From the NCBI GenBank assembly GCA_964657355.1, contig CAZZVF010000002.1, positions 1 to 39,203 on the forward strand: DNA of 39,203 bases, given 5' to 3'. Source of the stretch: an uncultured Buchnera sp. (GTDB lineage: Bacteria; Pseudomonadota; Alphaproteobacteria; Acetobacterales; Acetobacteraceae). Every line of letters begins with the position of its first letter. Position 1 is the stretch's first letter. The notes under the pieces are model-generated. The model had not been told where the DNA came from. It was given only the letters and a program-made list of their open reading frames with translations, and ran no database searches. Shown here one piece after another: positions 1-9,725 of the stretch. The translations under genes were made by a program, and so were the position numbers.

Positions 1-1841
1 CCCGGTCCAACGAGCACGCGGGTCACACGACCGGGAATTGGTGACGCAACGATTTTTCCGGCGCGTGCCTCCGAACGGGGCGGTGCAAGCGGATCCAGGA
101 TCGTCAGATGCGCAGGTTCGCCAAGCCCAAAGATCGATAGGGAATTGCCATCCCAGCGAGACACCCGAAGCTTCTTAACAGTATCGCCAATGCGGAGCTT
201 CGTTCGTTCGCCCGGCAGATAAGAAACTTCGATCGAAGCCCCCGCAACGAAAACCTGCCAATGTTCGTGTGCAAGCCTTGTAGCAGAAACGATTTCTTGC
301 ATTCCATCAAGTTCGAGAAGCAGTCCCTCCGAGGCGGTTTCGTCTACGCGCCAGCTGTCGAATGCAGCCCATGGCGAGAAAGGATCCGCAGTCAGCGCTG
401 CATCCGCCTTGCCCGCATCGTGCATGTCAACGAGAATCAACGCGGTTGCCGCCGCAAGAATTTCGAGCCGCTGGGTGGATGATATCTCTGGTTGCTCAAG
501 AACCTCGGGATGGTTTGCGATGAAGCCGGTGTCGAATTGTCCACTCGCGAAGTTCGGATGGGCCGTGACCGCTCGCAAGAGGCTGAGGTTCGTTTTCACG
601 CCGAGCACATCGAATTCACCGAGTGCCCCAGACAAACGCCTGAGAGCCTCCGGCCGATTGGCTCCATGAACGATGAGTTTCGCGATCATCGGATCGTAGT
701 ACGACGTAATGTCGTCGCCTTCGCGAACGCCGCTGTCGATCCGCACATCCCCGGTTTCGGACGGTTGATGCAAATGTCTAATTCGGCCAATTGATGGCAT
801 GAAGTTCCGGCCTGGATCTTCGGCATAAATCCTGGCTTCGATGGCATGGCCTTCCAGCGAGATGTCATCTTGCGCCACGGGCAGCTTCTCGCCGCATGCG
901 ATACGCAATTGCCATTCAACAAGATCGAGGCCAGTCACCATTTCAGTTACAGGATGTTCGACCTGCAAGCGGGTGTTCATTTCCATGAAAAAGAACAGTC
1001 CATCCTGCGCGATGAATTCGACTGTTCCTGCGCCAACATAGCCGACTGCACGCGCTGCAGCACAAGCGGCTTCGCCCATTTCGGAACGGCGAGAAGGATT
1101 GACGCCGGGCGCCGGTGCCTCCTCAAGGACCTTCTGGTGCCGCCGTTGAATGGAGCAATCTCGCTCGAATAGCGAAACTGTATTGCCCGCCGAGTCTGCG
1201 AAAACCTGGATTTCAATGTGCCTGGGATGCGTTAGGTAACGTTCAATCAGCACACGATCATCGCCGAACGATGCCGCGGCCTCACTGCGTGCACCGGCCA
1301 ATGCTAGCTGAAATTCCAAGGGGCTTGGCACGGCGCGCATGCCTTTCCCGCCACCGCCCGCTACTGCCTTGATCAGGATCGGATAGCCGACGCGTTCAGC
1401 CTCGCTCGCCAAGAGCTCCGCATCCTGCAAGTCGCCGTGATAACCGGGCACGAGGGGAACGCCGGCGCTTTCCATAATGGCTTTTGCAGCCGCTTTCGAG
1501 CCCATGGCACGAATGGCGCTCGGTGGAGGGCCGATGAACACGACGCCGGCGTCCTCGCAGGCTTCGGCAAAGTCAGCGTTTTCGGATAGGAAACCGTAAC
1601 CCGGATGCAGGCCCTCCGCACCGGTCCGTCGCGCCACGTCAAGAATGCGGTCGCCATTCAGATAACTGTCGCGAGATGCGGCGCCACCAACGCACCATGC
1701 TTCATCAGCCATCTCGACATGCAGGGCCGCGGCATCCGCTTCAGAGAATATTGCAACAGTACGAATTCCGAGTCTGCGAGCTGTTCGCATGACGCGGATG
1801 GCAATTTCGCCCCGATTGGCAATCAATATCTTTCTGAACAT
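1..1841 (-). CDS. mccA: 3-methylcrotonyl-CoA carboxylase alpha (biotin carboxylase/biotin carrier) subunit; runs off the left edge
   Basis: Absent from the ORF track because there is no stop in the window. Hand translation from the ATG at 1841 gives MFRKILIANRGEIAIRVMRTARRLG and LHPGYGFLSENA. The same frame reads GKIVASPIPGRVTRVLVGPG at the edge, the start of a biotinyl domain. Lies in an operon with mccB, liuC and ivd. Confidence 0.93.
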   Translation of the reverse strand, partial: MFRKILIANRGEIAIRVMRTARRLGIRTVAIFSEADAAALHVEMADEAWCVGGAASRDSYLNGDRILDVARRTGAEGLHPGYGFLSENADFAEACEDAGVVFIGPPPSAIRAMGSKAAAKAIMESAGVPLVPGYHGDLQDAELLASEAERVGYPILIKAVAGGGGKGMRAVPSPLEFQLALAGARSEAAASFGDDRVLIERYLTHPRHIEIQVFADSAGNTVSLFERDCSIQRRHQKVLEEAPAPGVNPSRRSEMGEAACAAARAVGYVGAGTVEFIAQDGLFFFMEMNTRLQVEHPVTEMVTGLDLVEWQLRIACGEKLPVAQDDISLEGHAIEARIYAEDPGRNFMPSIGRIRHLHQPSETGDVRIDSGVREGDDITSYYDPMIAKLIVHGANRPEALRRLSGALGEFDVLGVKTNLSLLRAVTAHPNFASGQFDTGFIANHPEVLEQPEISSTQRLEILAAATALILVDMHDAGKADAALTADPFSPWAAFDSWRVDETASEGLLLELDGMQEIVSATRLAHEHWQVFVAGASIEVSYLPGERTKLRIGDTVKKLRVSRWDGNSLSIFGLGEPAHLTILDPLAPPRSEARAGKIVASPIPGRVTRVLVGP

Positions 1842-1852
1842 TGAGCCGCCTC

Positions 1853-2626
1853 CTAGCCGCGCCAGGCGGGAGTTCGTTTTTCGAGGAACGCTGCGACACC
1901 TTCACGGCCTTCCGGCGATGCCCGCTGTGCAGCAATCCGGCGTGCCGTTTCCAGCGTGAGGTCAGCCCGGTTTTCGGCAAGGCAAACCAGGTCCTTGGCC
2001 TCGCGCTGCGCCTCAGGAGCGCCAAGCAGCAAGCCCGCCACCACTTCGTCCTGCTTTCTGATTAGGTCTGATGACGCGACGACTTCATGCACAAGGCCGA
2101 TTTCTCGTGCACGCGCGGCAGAAAAAACTTCTGCCGTATTGAAGTATCGCCTGGCTTGGCGGCCGCCTATGGCGCGAATGACAAATGGACTGATCGTGGC
2201 TGGCGTAAGGCCAAGTCTGACCTCGCTTAGGCAGAATTTCGCGTGGTCGGCTGCAATGGCAATATCGCAACATGCGATCAGGCCGATGCCACCACCGTAA
2301 GCAGATCCCTGGACGACCGCAACTGTCGGGTGACGGAGCCCGTCAAGCGTTTGCATGAGAGCTGCAAGCGCAGAGGCATCGGCGAAATTCTCTTCCTCGG
2401 AATACGTCGCCATCCTGCGCATCCAGGCGAGATCGGCGCCGGCTGAAAAGCTACTGCCCGTGCTAGCCAGAACGACGGCTCGTATGTCGTTCCGCCGGTG
2501 CAGACCGGTAAGTTCATTCTTCAGCACCGCGATAATCGAGTCGTCGAAGGCGTTGTGTTGCTCGGGACGATTGAGCGTGATTGTCGCCACGCCTCGCCGA
2601 TCAACATCTGACGTGATAGCGCTCAT
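1853..2626 (-). CDS. liuC: Enoyl-CoA hydratase/isomerase, probable methylglutaconyl-CoA hydratase
   Basis: Crotonase motifs ITLNRPEQHNAFD, FSAGADL, AYGGGIGLIACCD and FCLSEVRLGL. Start moved to ATG 2626 (MSAITS) to avoid overlapping mccB. Leucine-degradation context. Confidence 0.88.
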   Translation of the reverse strand: MSAITSDVDRRGVATITLNRPEQHNAFDDSIIAVLKNELTGLHRRNDIRAVVLASTGSSFSAGADLAWMRRMATYSEEENFADASALAALMQTLDGLRHPTVAVVQGSAYGGGIGLIACCDIAIAADHAKFCLSEVRLGLTPATISPFVIRAIGGRQARRYFNTAEVFSAARAREIGLVHEVVASSDLIRKQDEVVAGLLLGAPEAQREAKDLVCLAENRADLTLETARRIAAQRASPEGREGVAAFLEKRTPAWRG

Positions 2627-2630
2627 TCCA

Positions 2631-4238
2631 TTACATCCTGAACAAGCCAAATCGTGTTGGCTCAATCGGTGCATTCAGCGACGCTGAAATGCCAAGTGCC
2701 AGATGCCGGCGCGTTTCAGCGGGATCGATGACGCCATCGTCCCACAGCCGGGCCGATGCATAAGCCGGCTGGCCTTGCATGTCATACTGAGCCTGTATCG
2801 GAGCGCGAAATGCGGCCTCGTCTTCGACGGACCATTGTTCCCCGCGCGCTTCCAGGCCGTCGCGTTTGACCGTTGCGAGCACGGACGCCGCTTGCTCGCC
2901 CCCCATGACGCCGATACGTGCATTCGGCCACATCCAGAGGAACCGGGGCGAGTAGGCGCGCCCGCACATTCCGTAGTTTCCGGCGCCGAAGCTGCCCCCT
3001 ATGACGACGGTAAATTTTGGCACCGCCGCAGTGGCAACGGCAGTCACCATTTTCGCTCCGTCCTTGGCAATTCCGCCGGCTTCGTACTTGCGGCCAACCA
3101 TGAACCCCATGATGTTCTGCAAGAACACCAGCGGTATGCCGCGCTGTGCGCACAATTCGATGAAGTGAGCACCCTTCTGCGCACTTTCGGAAAAAAGAAT
3201 GCCGTTGTTCGCAATGATGCCGACTGGATAGCCCCAGATATGAGCAAATCCGGTAACCAGCGTTGTACCGAAGAGCTTCTTGAATTCATCGAACGAGCTG
3301 CCGTCCACGATACGGGCTATGATCTCGCGGACGTCATATGGTTTGCGTCTATCAGCGGGAATGACGTTGTAGAGTCCGTCCGCTGAATAGAGCGGCTCGC
3401 ATGGAGCTTGTAATGCCAGGCGGCCGGGCTTTACCGAGTTGATGTTGGCGATGATCCGGCGCGCGATCCCTAAAGCGTGCGCGTCGTTTTCCGCGTAATG
3501 ATCGGTGACTCCGGAGACGCGGCTGTGAACGTCGGCGCCGCCGAGTTCTTCGGCCGAGACGATTTCGCCTGTAGCGGCCTTCACAAGCGGAGGGCCGGCA
3601 AGAAATATCGTTCCTTGGTGGCGCACAATGATGCTCTCGTCGCACATAGCCGGAACATAGGCGCCGCCGGCGGTGCATGATCCCATGACCACTGCGATCT
3701 GCGGGATGCCCGATGCGGACATCTGTGCTTGATTATAGAAAATCCGGCCAAAATGATCGCGGTCGGGGAACACCTCGTCCTGGTTCGGCAGGTTAGCGCC
3801 ACCGGAATCCACCAGATAGATGCAGGGCAGACGGTTCTGCATCGCCACTTCCTGCGCCCGCAAATGCTTCTTCACGGTCAATGGAAAGTAGGTGCCGCCC
3901 TTCACTGTGGCATCGTTCGCGACGATCATGCATTCGCGACCGGAGACGCGTCCGATGCCGGTAATGATTCCGGCGGATGGCACTTGATCGTCATAAAGCC
4001 CGGTCGCTGCCAGCAAGCCAATTTCTAGGAAAGGCGAAAGCGGATCTAGCAAAGCAGCGATCCGGACTCTTGGCAGCAATTTTCCGCGGGCGCTATGACG
4101 AACACGCGCCTTCTCTCCCCCACCTTGGCGAATGGTGGTGGACAGTGCCCGCAGTTCATTGACCAAACCTACCATCGCTTGCCGGTTGGCAGTCGCGTCG
4201 GGAGAGCGCGGATCGATCGTTGTCTCAAGGATGGTCAC
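2631..4238 (-). CDS. mccB: 3-methylcrotonyl-CoA carboxylase beta (carboxyltransferase) subunit
   Basis: 535 aa with [58 protein letters not shown] and a C-terminal FGLFRM. Confidence 0.96.
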   Translation of the reverse strand: MTILETTIDPRSPDATANRQAMVGLVNELRALSTTIRQGGGEKARVRHSARGKLLPRVRIAALLDPLSPFLEIGLLAATGLYDDQVPSAGIITGIGRVSGRECMIVANDATVKGGTYFPLTVKKHLRAQEVAMQNRLPCIYLVDSGGANLPNQDEVFPDRDHFGRIFYNQAQMSASGIPQIAVVMGSCTAGGAYVPAMCDESIIVRHQGTIFLAGPPLVKAATGEIVSAEELGGADVHSRVSGVTDHYAENDAHALGIARRIIANINSVKPGRLALQAPCEPLYSADGLYNVIPADRRKPYDVREIIARIVDGSSFDEFKKLFGTTLVTGFAHIWGYPVGIIANNGILFSESAQKGAHFIELCAQRGIPLVFLQNIMGFMVGRKYEAGGIAKDGAKMVTAVATAAVPKFTVVIGGSFGAGNYGMCGRAYSPRFLWMWPNARIGVMGGEQAASVLATVKRDGLEARGEQWSVEDEAAFRAPIQAQYDMQGQPAYASARLWDDGVIDPAETRRHLALGISASLNAPIEPTRFGLFRM

Positions 4239-4277
4239 GCGTCAGCGCTCACCCACGGCGTTTCTCACGCTCGTCAT

Positions 4278-5447
4278 TCACGCGGACTCCTGGAACAACT
4301 CTCTTCCTATCAGCATGCGTCGGATCTCGCTGGTTCCCGCACCGATTTCGTAAAGCTTTGCATCGCGCAGAAGACGCCCGGTGGGGTAGTCGTTGATGTA
4401 GCCGTTGCCGCCGAGTGCCTGGATCGCTTCAAGCGCCATCCACGTGGCCTTTTCGGCTGCAAAAAGTATTGCTCCCGCTGCGTCTTTGCGCGTTGTGCGG
4501 CCGCGATCGCAGGCTTTCGCGACAGCGTAGACGTACGCCCGGGAAGCATTCATGACAGTGTACATGTCTGCCAGCTTGCCCTGCATGAGCTGAAATTCAC
4601 CGATCGGACGCCCGAACTGCTTCCTGTCGTGAACATATGGAAGTACGACATCCATGCAGGCTTGCATGATCCCTATTGGGCCAGCAGCCAGCACCGCGCG
4701 CTCATAGTCGAGGCCGCTCATGAGGACCGCGACACCTTTTCCTACTTGGCCGAGAACATTCTCTTCCGGAACTTCGCAGTCGGTGAAAACGAGCTCAGAG
4801 GTATTGGAGCCGCGCATGCCGAGCTTGTCGAGTTTCTGCGCAGAGGCAAAACCAGGAAAAGCGCGCTCGACAATGAAGGCAGTGATGCCCCGCGATCCGT
4901 CCGCCGGATCTGTTTTAGCATACACCACGAAGGTGTCTGCATCGGGACCATTTGTGATCCACATCTTTGTACCGTTAAGGATGAACCTGTCGCCTCGCCG
5001 CTCGGCGCGCGTGCGAAGGCTTACAATGTCCGAGCCCGAATTTGGTTCGGACATCGCCAGGGCTCCCACGTGTTCCCCGGTGACCAGTGCAGGAAGATAA
5101 CGCTGCTTCTGTTCGGCGTTACCATTCCGGCTGATTTGGTTTACGCAAAGGTTCGAGTGGGCGCCGTACGAGAGGCCGATGGAGGCGGACGCCCGGCTGA
5201 TTTCCTCCATGGCCACCACATGTTCGAGGTAGCCCATGCCCGCTCCGCCGAACTCGTCGTCGACAGTGATGCCCAGTACACCGAGGGTGCCCAGCTTCAG
5301 CCAGAGATCGGCCGGAAAATTGTTGCTGGTGTCGATCGCGGACGCGCGAGGCGCTATCTCATCGGAGGCGAAGGCCGCGACTTGTTCACGCAGGGCGGCG
5401 ACGGTCTCGCCAAGGTCGAAATCCAGGCCCTGCAGGCTGTTCAGCAT
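4278..5447 (-). CDS. ivd: Isovaleryl-CoA dehydrogenase
   Basis: [38 protein letters not shown] and [24 protein letters not shown]. Start placed at ATG 5447, preceded by GGAGA; ATG 5465 is an alternative. Confidence 0.95.
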   Translation of the reverse strand: MLNSLQGLDFDLGETVAALREQVAAFASDEIAPRASAIDTSNNFPADLWLKLGTLGVLGITVDDEFGGAGMGYLEHVVAMEEISRASASIGLSYGAHSNLCVNQISRNGNAEQKQRYLPALVTGEHVGALAMSEPNSGSDIVSLRTRAERRGDRFILNGTKMWITNGPDADTFVVYAKTDPADGSRGITAFIVERAFPGFASAQKLDKLGMRGSNTSELVFTDCEVPEENVLGQVGKGVAVLMSGLDYERAVLAAGPIGIMQACMDVVLPYVHDRKQFGRPIGEFQLMQGKLADMYTVMNASRAYVYAVAKACDRGRTTRKDAAGAILFAAEKATWMALEAIQALGGNGYINDYPTGRLLRDAKLYEIGAGTSEIRRMLIGRELFQESA

Positions 5448-5621
5448 GAATATCTCCGGGGGCATTGCATCCCCTTCTTTGTGGCTCCTCAGAACGTGGC
5501 CTTTAGCGCGTTCTGGATCACAAGCGAAGACATCATCCACGGACCGACGTTACAATAGCTCGGGTCTCGGGCAGGTAATGGGGTGGCTGTTCCACGGCCC
5601 GCAGCATCCGCGACGCCTGGG

Positions 5622-7130
5622 CTAATAGGCCGCCTTGCTGAATATTTCGCGTGCCGCCGTCAAAACTATAATTCTGAGATCGAACAAGGGCGACCAACGC
5701 TCGATATATTCCAGGTCGAGTTGAACGCGGCGTTCGATCTGCTCTGGTGTGGCAAGTGCGCCGCGGGATCCATTGATCTGAGCCCAGCCGGTAATACCAG
5801 GCATCACTCTGTGCCTGAGCTTATATCCATCAACCACATGCTCGAGCAGCAATCCGTCGACGTTTGTTTGCGGCGCGTGCGGACGTGGTCCCACTAATGA
5901 CATCTCGCCACGCACCACATTCAGCAATTGCGGCAACTCATCGATGCTAAACCGGCGTATGAACCGCCCGACTCGGGTTACCCTTGGGTCGTCACGCGAG
6001 GTTTGACGCGATGCCAACTGGTCCGTCAGGTGCGTGTACATGGAACGGAACTTGAACATCGAAAACGGTCGATTGTCGTAGCCGGTCCTGGGTTGGCGGA
6101 AGAATACCGGGCCGGTGCTTTCCAGCCGGATGGCAAGCGCCGTCAGCAGCATGATCGGCGATGCGAAAAGCAGGAGCAAAGTGCCGAGTATGCGATCGAA
6201 CAAGCTTTTCATGAGGAGAGAGTTCTCGCTCAGCGCGCTTGCTTGCAGTGGGAGCACGGGAAGCGCCGAAAGTGGATGGCTGCGGGAGAGAACCCCGCAT
6301 CTGGACATCCCCGTCAGTACAAAGATGTCGAGAACAGACGAATTGACGGCCGAGAAAGCAGCCTGAAGGCGGCGCACTTCGTCAGCAGGATATGCCAGCA
6401 CGATAGCATCCAGGCGCTCGCGGCTGAGGGTGGACGCGAGGGCGGGGAGATCACTCGGCGTTGCCTGTTCCGCCCTCAGGCCGTCCGAAGGAATCGAGTC
6501 AAAGATTCCAACAATGTCGAAGAGCGAGCGCCGCAGTCCCACATCATGGCGGGCCCGCAGCAATGATAGAACCTGTCCGGCGTGACTTCCAACAACAACG
6601 ATGCGGTACGTAAGCTGGCCGCTCGCGACGCCTGCAGCCACAACCGCGCTGGCAATCGTGCGCGTTATGGCAAGGTAGAGAAACGCGCCGGCAAGTGCCG
6701 ACGCGGTGCCTATGATCAGCCCACTCCCGCGCGCCTTCAGAGCGTAAAGTGCGAGGGTGCCGGCCAGAATTCCGACCCCGAAAACAGGGGCGGCGACACC
6801 TATGCTCGTGATCGGCCGCAGAAGTTTGCCAATGCTGTAAAGTGTGCAGCGGCTGGCGGCGACGGACGACGCCAGCAGGCCAAACGCCGCGGTCATCAGG
6901 ACTGCGCTTGCACCATCACCGGCGGAGGCAGGGACCAAGGCGATCGCAAGCGTGAGGAGTAAAGTAGACAGGGCAAGCACGTCGGCGCCCCCTAGAACGG
7001 CTGCGATCAGAGTGCGCGCCGTCAAGGCCGGTTTCGCCGCCTTTGCTGCCGTTGGCCGTGTCTCGTCGATTTGAATTCGGCGACCTAGCCGTAATGAAGG
7101 CAGCAACGCCGGCGTCACGAATGTTGGCAT
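5622..7130 (-). CDS. Priming glycosyltransferase (undecaprenyl-phosphate glucose-1-phosphate transferase, GumD/WcaJ-like)
   Basis: N-terminal TM helices, then a bacterial sugar-transferase domain: KFRSM, DPRVTRVGRFIRRFSIDELPQLLNVVRGEMSLVGPRPHA, PGITGWAQING, DLEYIERWS. Start at ATG 7130 after GAGG. Confidence 0.92.
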   Translation of the reverse strand: MPTFVTPALLPSLRLGRRIQIDETRPTAAKAAKPALTARTLIAAVLGGADVLALSTLLLTLAIALVPASAGDGASAVLMTAAFGLLASSVAASRCTLYSIGKLLRPITSIGVAAPVFGVGILAGTLALYALKARGSGLIIGTASALAGAFLYLAITRTIASAVVAAGVASGQLTYRIVVVGSHAGQVLSLLRARHDVGLRRSLFDIVGIFDSIPSDGLRAEQATPSDLPALASTLSRERLDAIVLAYPADEVRRLQAAFSAVNSSVLDIFVLTGMSRCGVLSRSHPLSALPVLPLQASALSENSLLMKSLFDRILGTLLLLFASPIMLLTALAIRLESTGPVFFRQPRTGYDNRPFSMFKFRSMYTHLTDQLASRQTSRDDPRVTRVGRFIRRFSIDELPQLLNVVRGEMSLVGPRPHAPQTNVDGLLLEHVVDGYKLRHRVMPGITGWAQINGSRGALATPEQIERRVQLDLEYIERWSPLFDLRIIVLTAAREIFSKAAY

Positions 7131-7176
7131 GCTTGAACCTCGTATCGGCAGGATAAGCAGTCTCTGAGGCACCGTG

Positions 7177-7207
7177 TTGTAACGATACAATGTGCAATTA
7201 TTGCGCA
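7177..7207. promoter_or_regulatory. Two abutting palindromes upstream of the priming GT; candidate operator
   Basis: TTGTA-ACGA-TACAA (7177-7190) immediately followed by the imperfect TGTGCAATTATTGCGCA (7191-7207), in an AT-rich intergenic stretch. The regulator is unknown. Confidence 0.35.
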
Positions 7208-7366
7208 TCGTTCCGCTGTTGGCCTCTCAACCGGTACCGCCGCTGCCCACTCTAATGCCGACCGCGCTGATAAGATCGAATAAAATCACTGCAATGCAGC
7301 AAGAAGGGATCACGTTTGGTTCAAAGGCCGCTAGAAATTGAGACCAGGTGCCGGCTTGTTCAATGA

Positions 7367-8737
7367 TCACAGCGCCAAGTGGACAGCGACCTCAATAACA
7401 TTCCCGTCATACGAGCCGCTAGACAAGGAATTCGCGTCCAGGTTGTTACTGCTCACTGCGGATTGTGTGCCGGTAATCGTGAGGCTTGAGCTTCCGCCGG
7501 TGCCGTGTGTGTAGCTGTAGGATGTGCTGAGGCGAGCGTATCGGTTCAGCAGCCAGGTTGCGCCGATCGACCCAGTATATTGTTGCCGCGAAAAGCTGCC
7601 TTGCCCAGCGTCCGATGTTTCGACATCGATCGTCCCATTCAATATCACGTCCCTGCGATATTCGTGATCGATGATGAGCTTACCTTCCGTGTAGGCGAGG
7701 TTCGTCGCTACATTGTAGCTGGCATCAGACAGATGGCGCACCACGGCAGCGCTCAAGGTCGTCAAGCGAGTGGGCGTCCAGGTCACCGAGGCTTCGATGA
7801 CCGGCTCGTTCAACGCGGCAATCGTGTTGCTCGAAAAATGGCGTTCCTCGTAACCGAGCAGCAGGTCGTATCTGAAAAACGCGTGTGTATCGTAGTCGAA
7901 ACCGATTGCGGCTAGTGTGTCCAAGTAATTGGCGTTCGGCTGCCCAAGCTGCCGGTGCTGAAAAAACGCGGATGTCTCATTCCAGACAAACACGAGCTTG
8001 TGTCCAGCCGAGAGATCGTATGTTGCCGTGAGGCCGCCTTCAATCTGGTTCTTGTCGAGCCCGGTATCATCGGTAATGAACGTGCCGGCGGCGGACCTGC
8101 CGAACCGGTAGGAGGTCAGATCAAGCTCGGGCGAGACAGCCAGCCGGTTGAAGACTGCGTTGTAGGCGAGGCGCACATCGTTGCTCTGGTATGGAACGGG
8201 CGCTCCCAACCCGTCTGTTAAAACATCGGTCGGGCCAAGATTGCCGCTCACATGCCCGGCTCCAAACGAAAAGCTGTCCCGACCGACGTCTAGTGAGCCG
8301 CCGACGAATGCGGTCGAGTTCGTTTGGTTTGCGATTGGCAAGTTCAGATAGCGCAGATCGTCGATGCTGACGGAGGCGCCGATGCTATCTCGCGACCAGT
8401 CGGAGTTCGCGCTGAGCGATGCCGAGCTTTCGATCTGCGCACTCGAGCGGGCATTCACCAGACCAAGCGGATTATCGTTAAAGCCGAAGGTCTCGTCGAC
8501 GGACGGACGAACGATAATGTCACCGAACCGTGCACCGGCACTGCGATAGTCCGGGCCGCCGTTCTCCAGGATCGCAAGCGCTGGATCGAGCTGATAGGCC
8601 GGCACGGAATTAGGCAGGTAACGTTGTAGCAGTTGAGCCCGTGCCGGCGCGCTGGTGAAGACTGTTGCGGCTAGTAGAATCGCGAGCCGGCAGCGTCGGT
8701 ACTGCAGGAGGGCAGAAGGAGGACGGGCAAGCTTCAC
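7367..8737 (-). CDS. Outer-membrane beta-barrel protein of EPS export (BBP2/VpsM/EpsX-like)
   Basis: Signal peptide (LAILLAATVFTSAPARA), amphipathic beta-strands (LSANSDWSRD, VTWTPTRLTTLS, IDHEYRRDVILNG, GATWLLNRYARLS) and a terminal strand VIEVAVHLAL. Lies inside the EPS cluster. Confidence 0.8.
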   Translation of the reverse strand: MKLARPPSALLQYRRCRLAILLAATVFTSAPARAQLLQRYLPNSVPAYQLDPALAILENGGPDYRSAGARFGDIIVRPSVDETFGFNDNPLGLVNARSSAQIESSASLSANSDWSRDSIGASVSIDDLRYLNLPIANQTNSTAFVGGSLDVGRDSFSFGAGHVSGNLGPTDVLTDGLGAPVPYQSNDVRLAYNAVFNRLAVSPELDLTSYRFGRSAAGTFITDDTGLDKNQIEGGLTATYDLSAGHKLVFVWNETSAFFQHRQLGQPNANYLDTLAAIGFDYDTHAFFRYDLLLGYEERHFSSNTIAALNEPVIEASVTWTPTRLTTLSAAVVRHLSDASYNVATNLAYTEGKLIIDHEYRRDVILNGTIDVETSDAGQGSFSRQQYTGSIGATWLLNRYARLSTSYSYTHGTGGSSSLTITGTQSAVSSNNLDANSLSSGSYDGNVIEVAVHLAL

Positions 8738-8841
8738 GTTCCGGTCGCTCCTGCAATCTTTGGCCGTCGTTTAGCCAAGCTATCATTGACGCGACGTTGC
8801 CTTCACGGCAATTTTAGCCTGAACAGACACATAGGCCAACT

Positions 8842-9408
8842 GTGCGGCAGACAATTATTCGTTCCGCGTTGCTCTCGGCACTAACGGCGGGCGTCGCGAG
8901 CTGCGCACCGGGCGGAGATCTGCCGCCTTTGCCGCCTATGGAGCAGTCCGTCTATCGGCTTGGACCCGGCGACCAGCTCCGCATCATTACCTATGGTGAG
9001 GAACAGCTCACAGGCGATTTCAAGGTTGACGATTCCGGAAAGTTGGAAGTGCCACTGCTGGGTTCCGTGCAAGCAGGCGGAATGACGGTGCCTGAACTGC
9101 AAGCCGAGATGACGCGCTCGCTGCGCGGGAAGAACCTGCTGCAGAACCCGAGTGTGTCTGTCGAAATCAGCACCTACCGGCCGATATTCATTTTGGGCGA
9201 GGTCAGCCGACCCGGGCCTTACCCCTATCAGCCTCACATGACCGTGTTGACGGCCGCCGCAGTGGCGGGCGGTTTCACCTACCGTGCCGTGCAGAAATAC
9301 GCGTCGATCACGCGCGATGAGGGGCATGGTGCGGTCGAGGGTAAAGTTGGTCGCGAGACACTGGTAGCACCCGGTGATGTGATTACCGTGTTCGAGCGTC
9401 GGTTCTGA
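8842..9408 (+). CDS. Polysaccharide export lipoprotein (short OPX, Wza/GumB family)
   Basis: Lipobox GVAS-C, PES domain YRLGPGDQLRIITYGEEQLTGDFKVDDSGKLEVPLLGSV, and ILGEVSRPGPYPY...AVAGGFTYRA. Only 188 aa, ending VAPGDVITVFERRF. Confidence 0.92.
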   Translation: MRQTIIRSALLSALTAGVASCAPGGDLPPLPPMEQSVYRLGPGDQLRIITYGEEQLTGDFKVDDSGKLEVPLLGSVQAGGMTVPELQAEMTRSLRGKNLLQNPSVSVEISTYRPIFILGEVSRPGPYPYQPHMTVLTAAAVAGGFTYRAVQKYASITRDEGHGAVEGKVGRETLVAPGDVITVFERRF

Positions 9409-9416
9409 GGAGCGCG

Positions 9417-9725
9417 ATGCATACTTGGGCGCGTCTGGCTGCCGGTTTTCTTCTGCTTATTGGGACGGGTCTGTCTGCTGCGTCAGCGGAAATGAAGCTT
9501 TCCGCCGTAAAGAAGGCCTGCGCGGCGGATACCTCGACCTTCTGTGCGCCTCTCGCTAATAGCGGCGTTGCACTGACCGGTTGCTTGGAGTCCCATCACG
9601 TAACCTTAAGGTTGACCTGCCGACAGGCGTTGCACGCTGAAAGAGAGGCGGCTTCAAAACGTTCGGCGCCAAGTGCGGACTTGCCGGTGGTCTCTCAAAC
9701 GCCATCGGCCGGCCTGGCTGATTAG
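9417..9725 (+). CDS. Small secreted cysteine-rich protein
   Basis: GAGGAG RBS, 8 bp after the OPX stop. Signal peptide ending LSAASA. Four Cys in the pattern ACAADTSTFC...CL...LTC, resembling the alphaproteobacterial cysteine-rich repeat proteins. Confidence 0.65.
   Translation: MHTWARLAAGFLLLIGTGLSAASAEMKLSAVKKACAADTSTFCAPLANSGVALTGCLESHHVTLRLTCRQALHAEREAASKRSAPSADLPVVSQTPSAGLAD

Noticed and set aside
5490-5515. Inverted repeat CAGAACG...CGTTCTG upstream of ivd
   Set aside because: It does not match a LiuR-type operator that I can recognise and has no U-tract. There is too little evidence for a function.
4095-5558. 487-aa plus-strand ORF
   Set aside because: Antisense shadow of ivd with no recognisable motifs. 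Long antisense ORFs are expected in high-GC coding DNA.
9602-9613. Perfect palindrome AACCTTAAGGTT
   Set aside because: It lies inside coding sequence as a single instance, and its similarity to 21135-21145 is probably chance.
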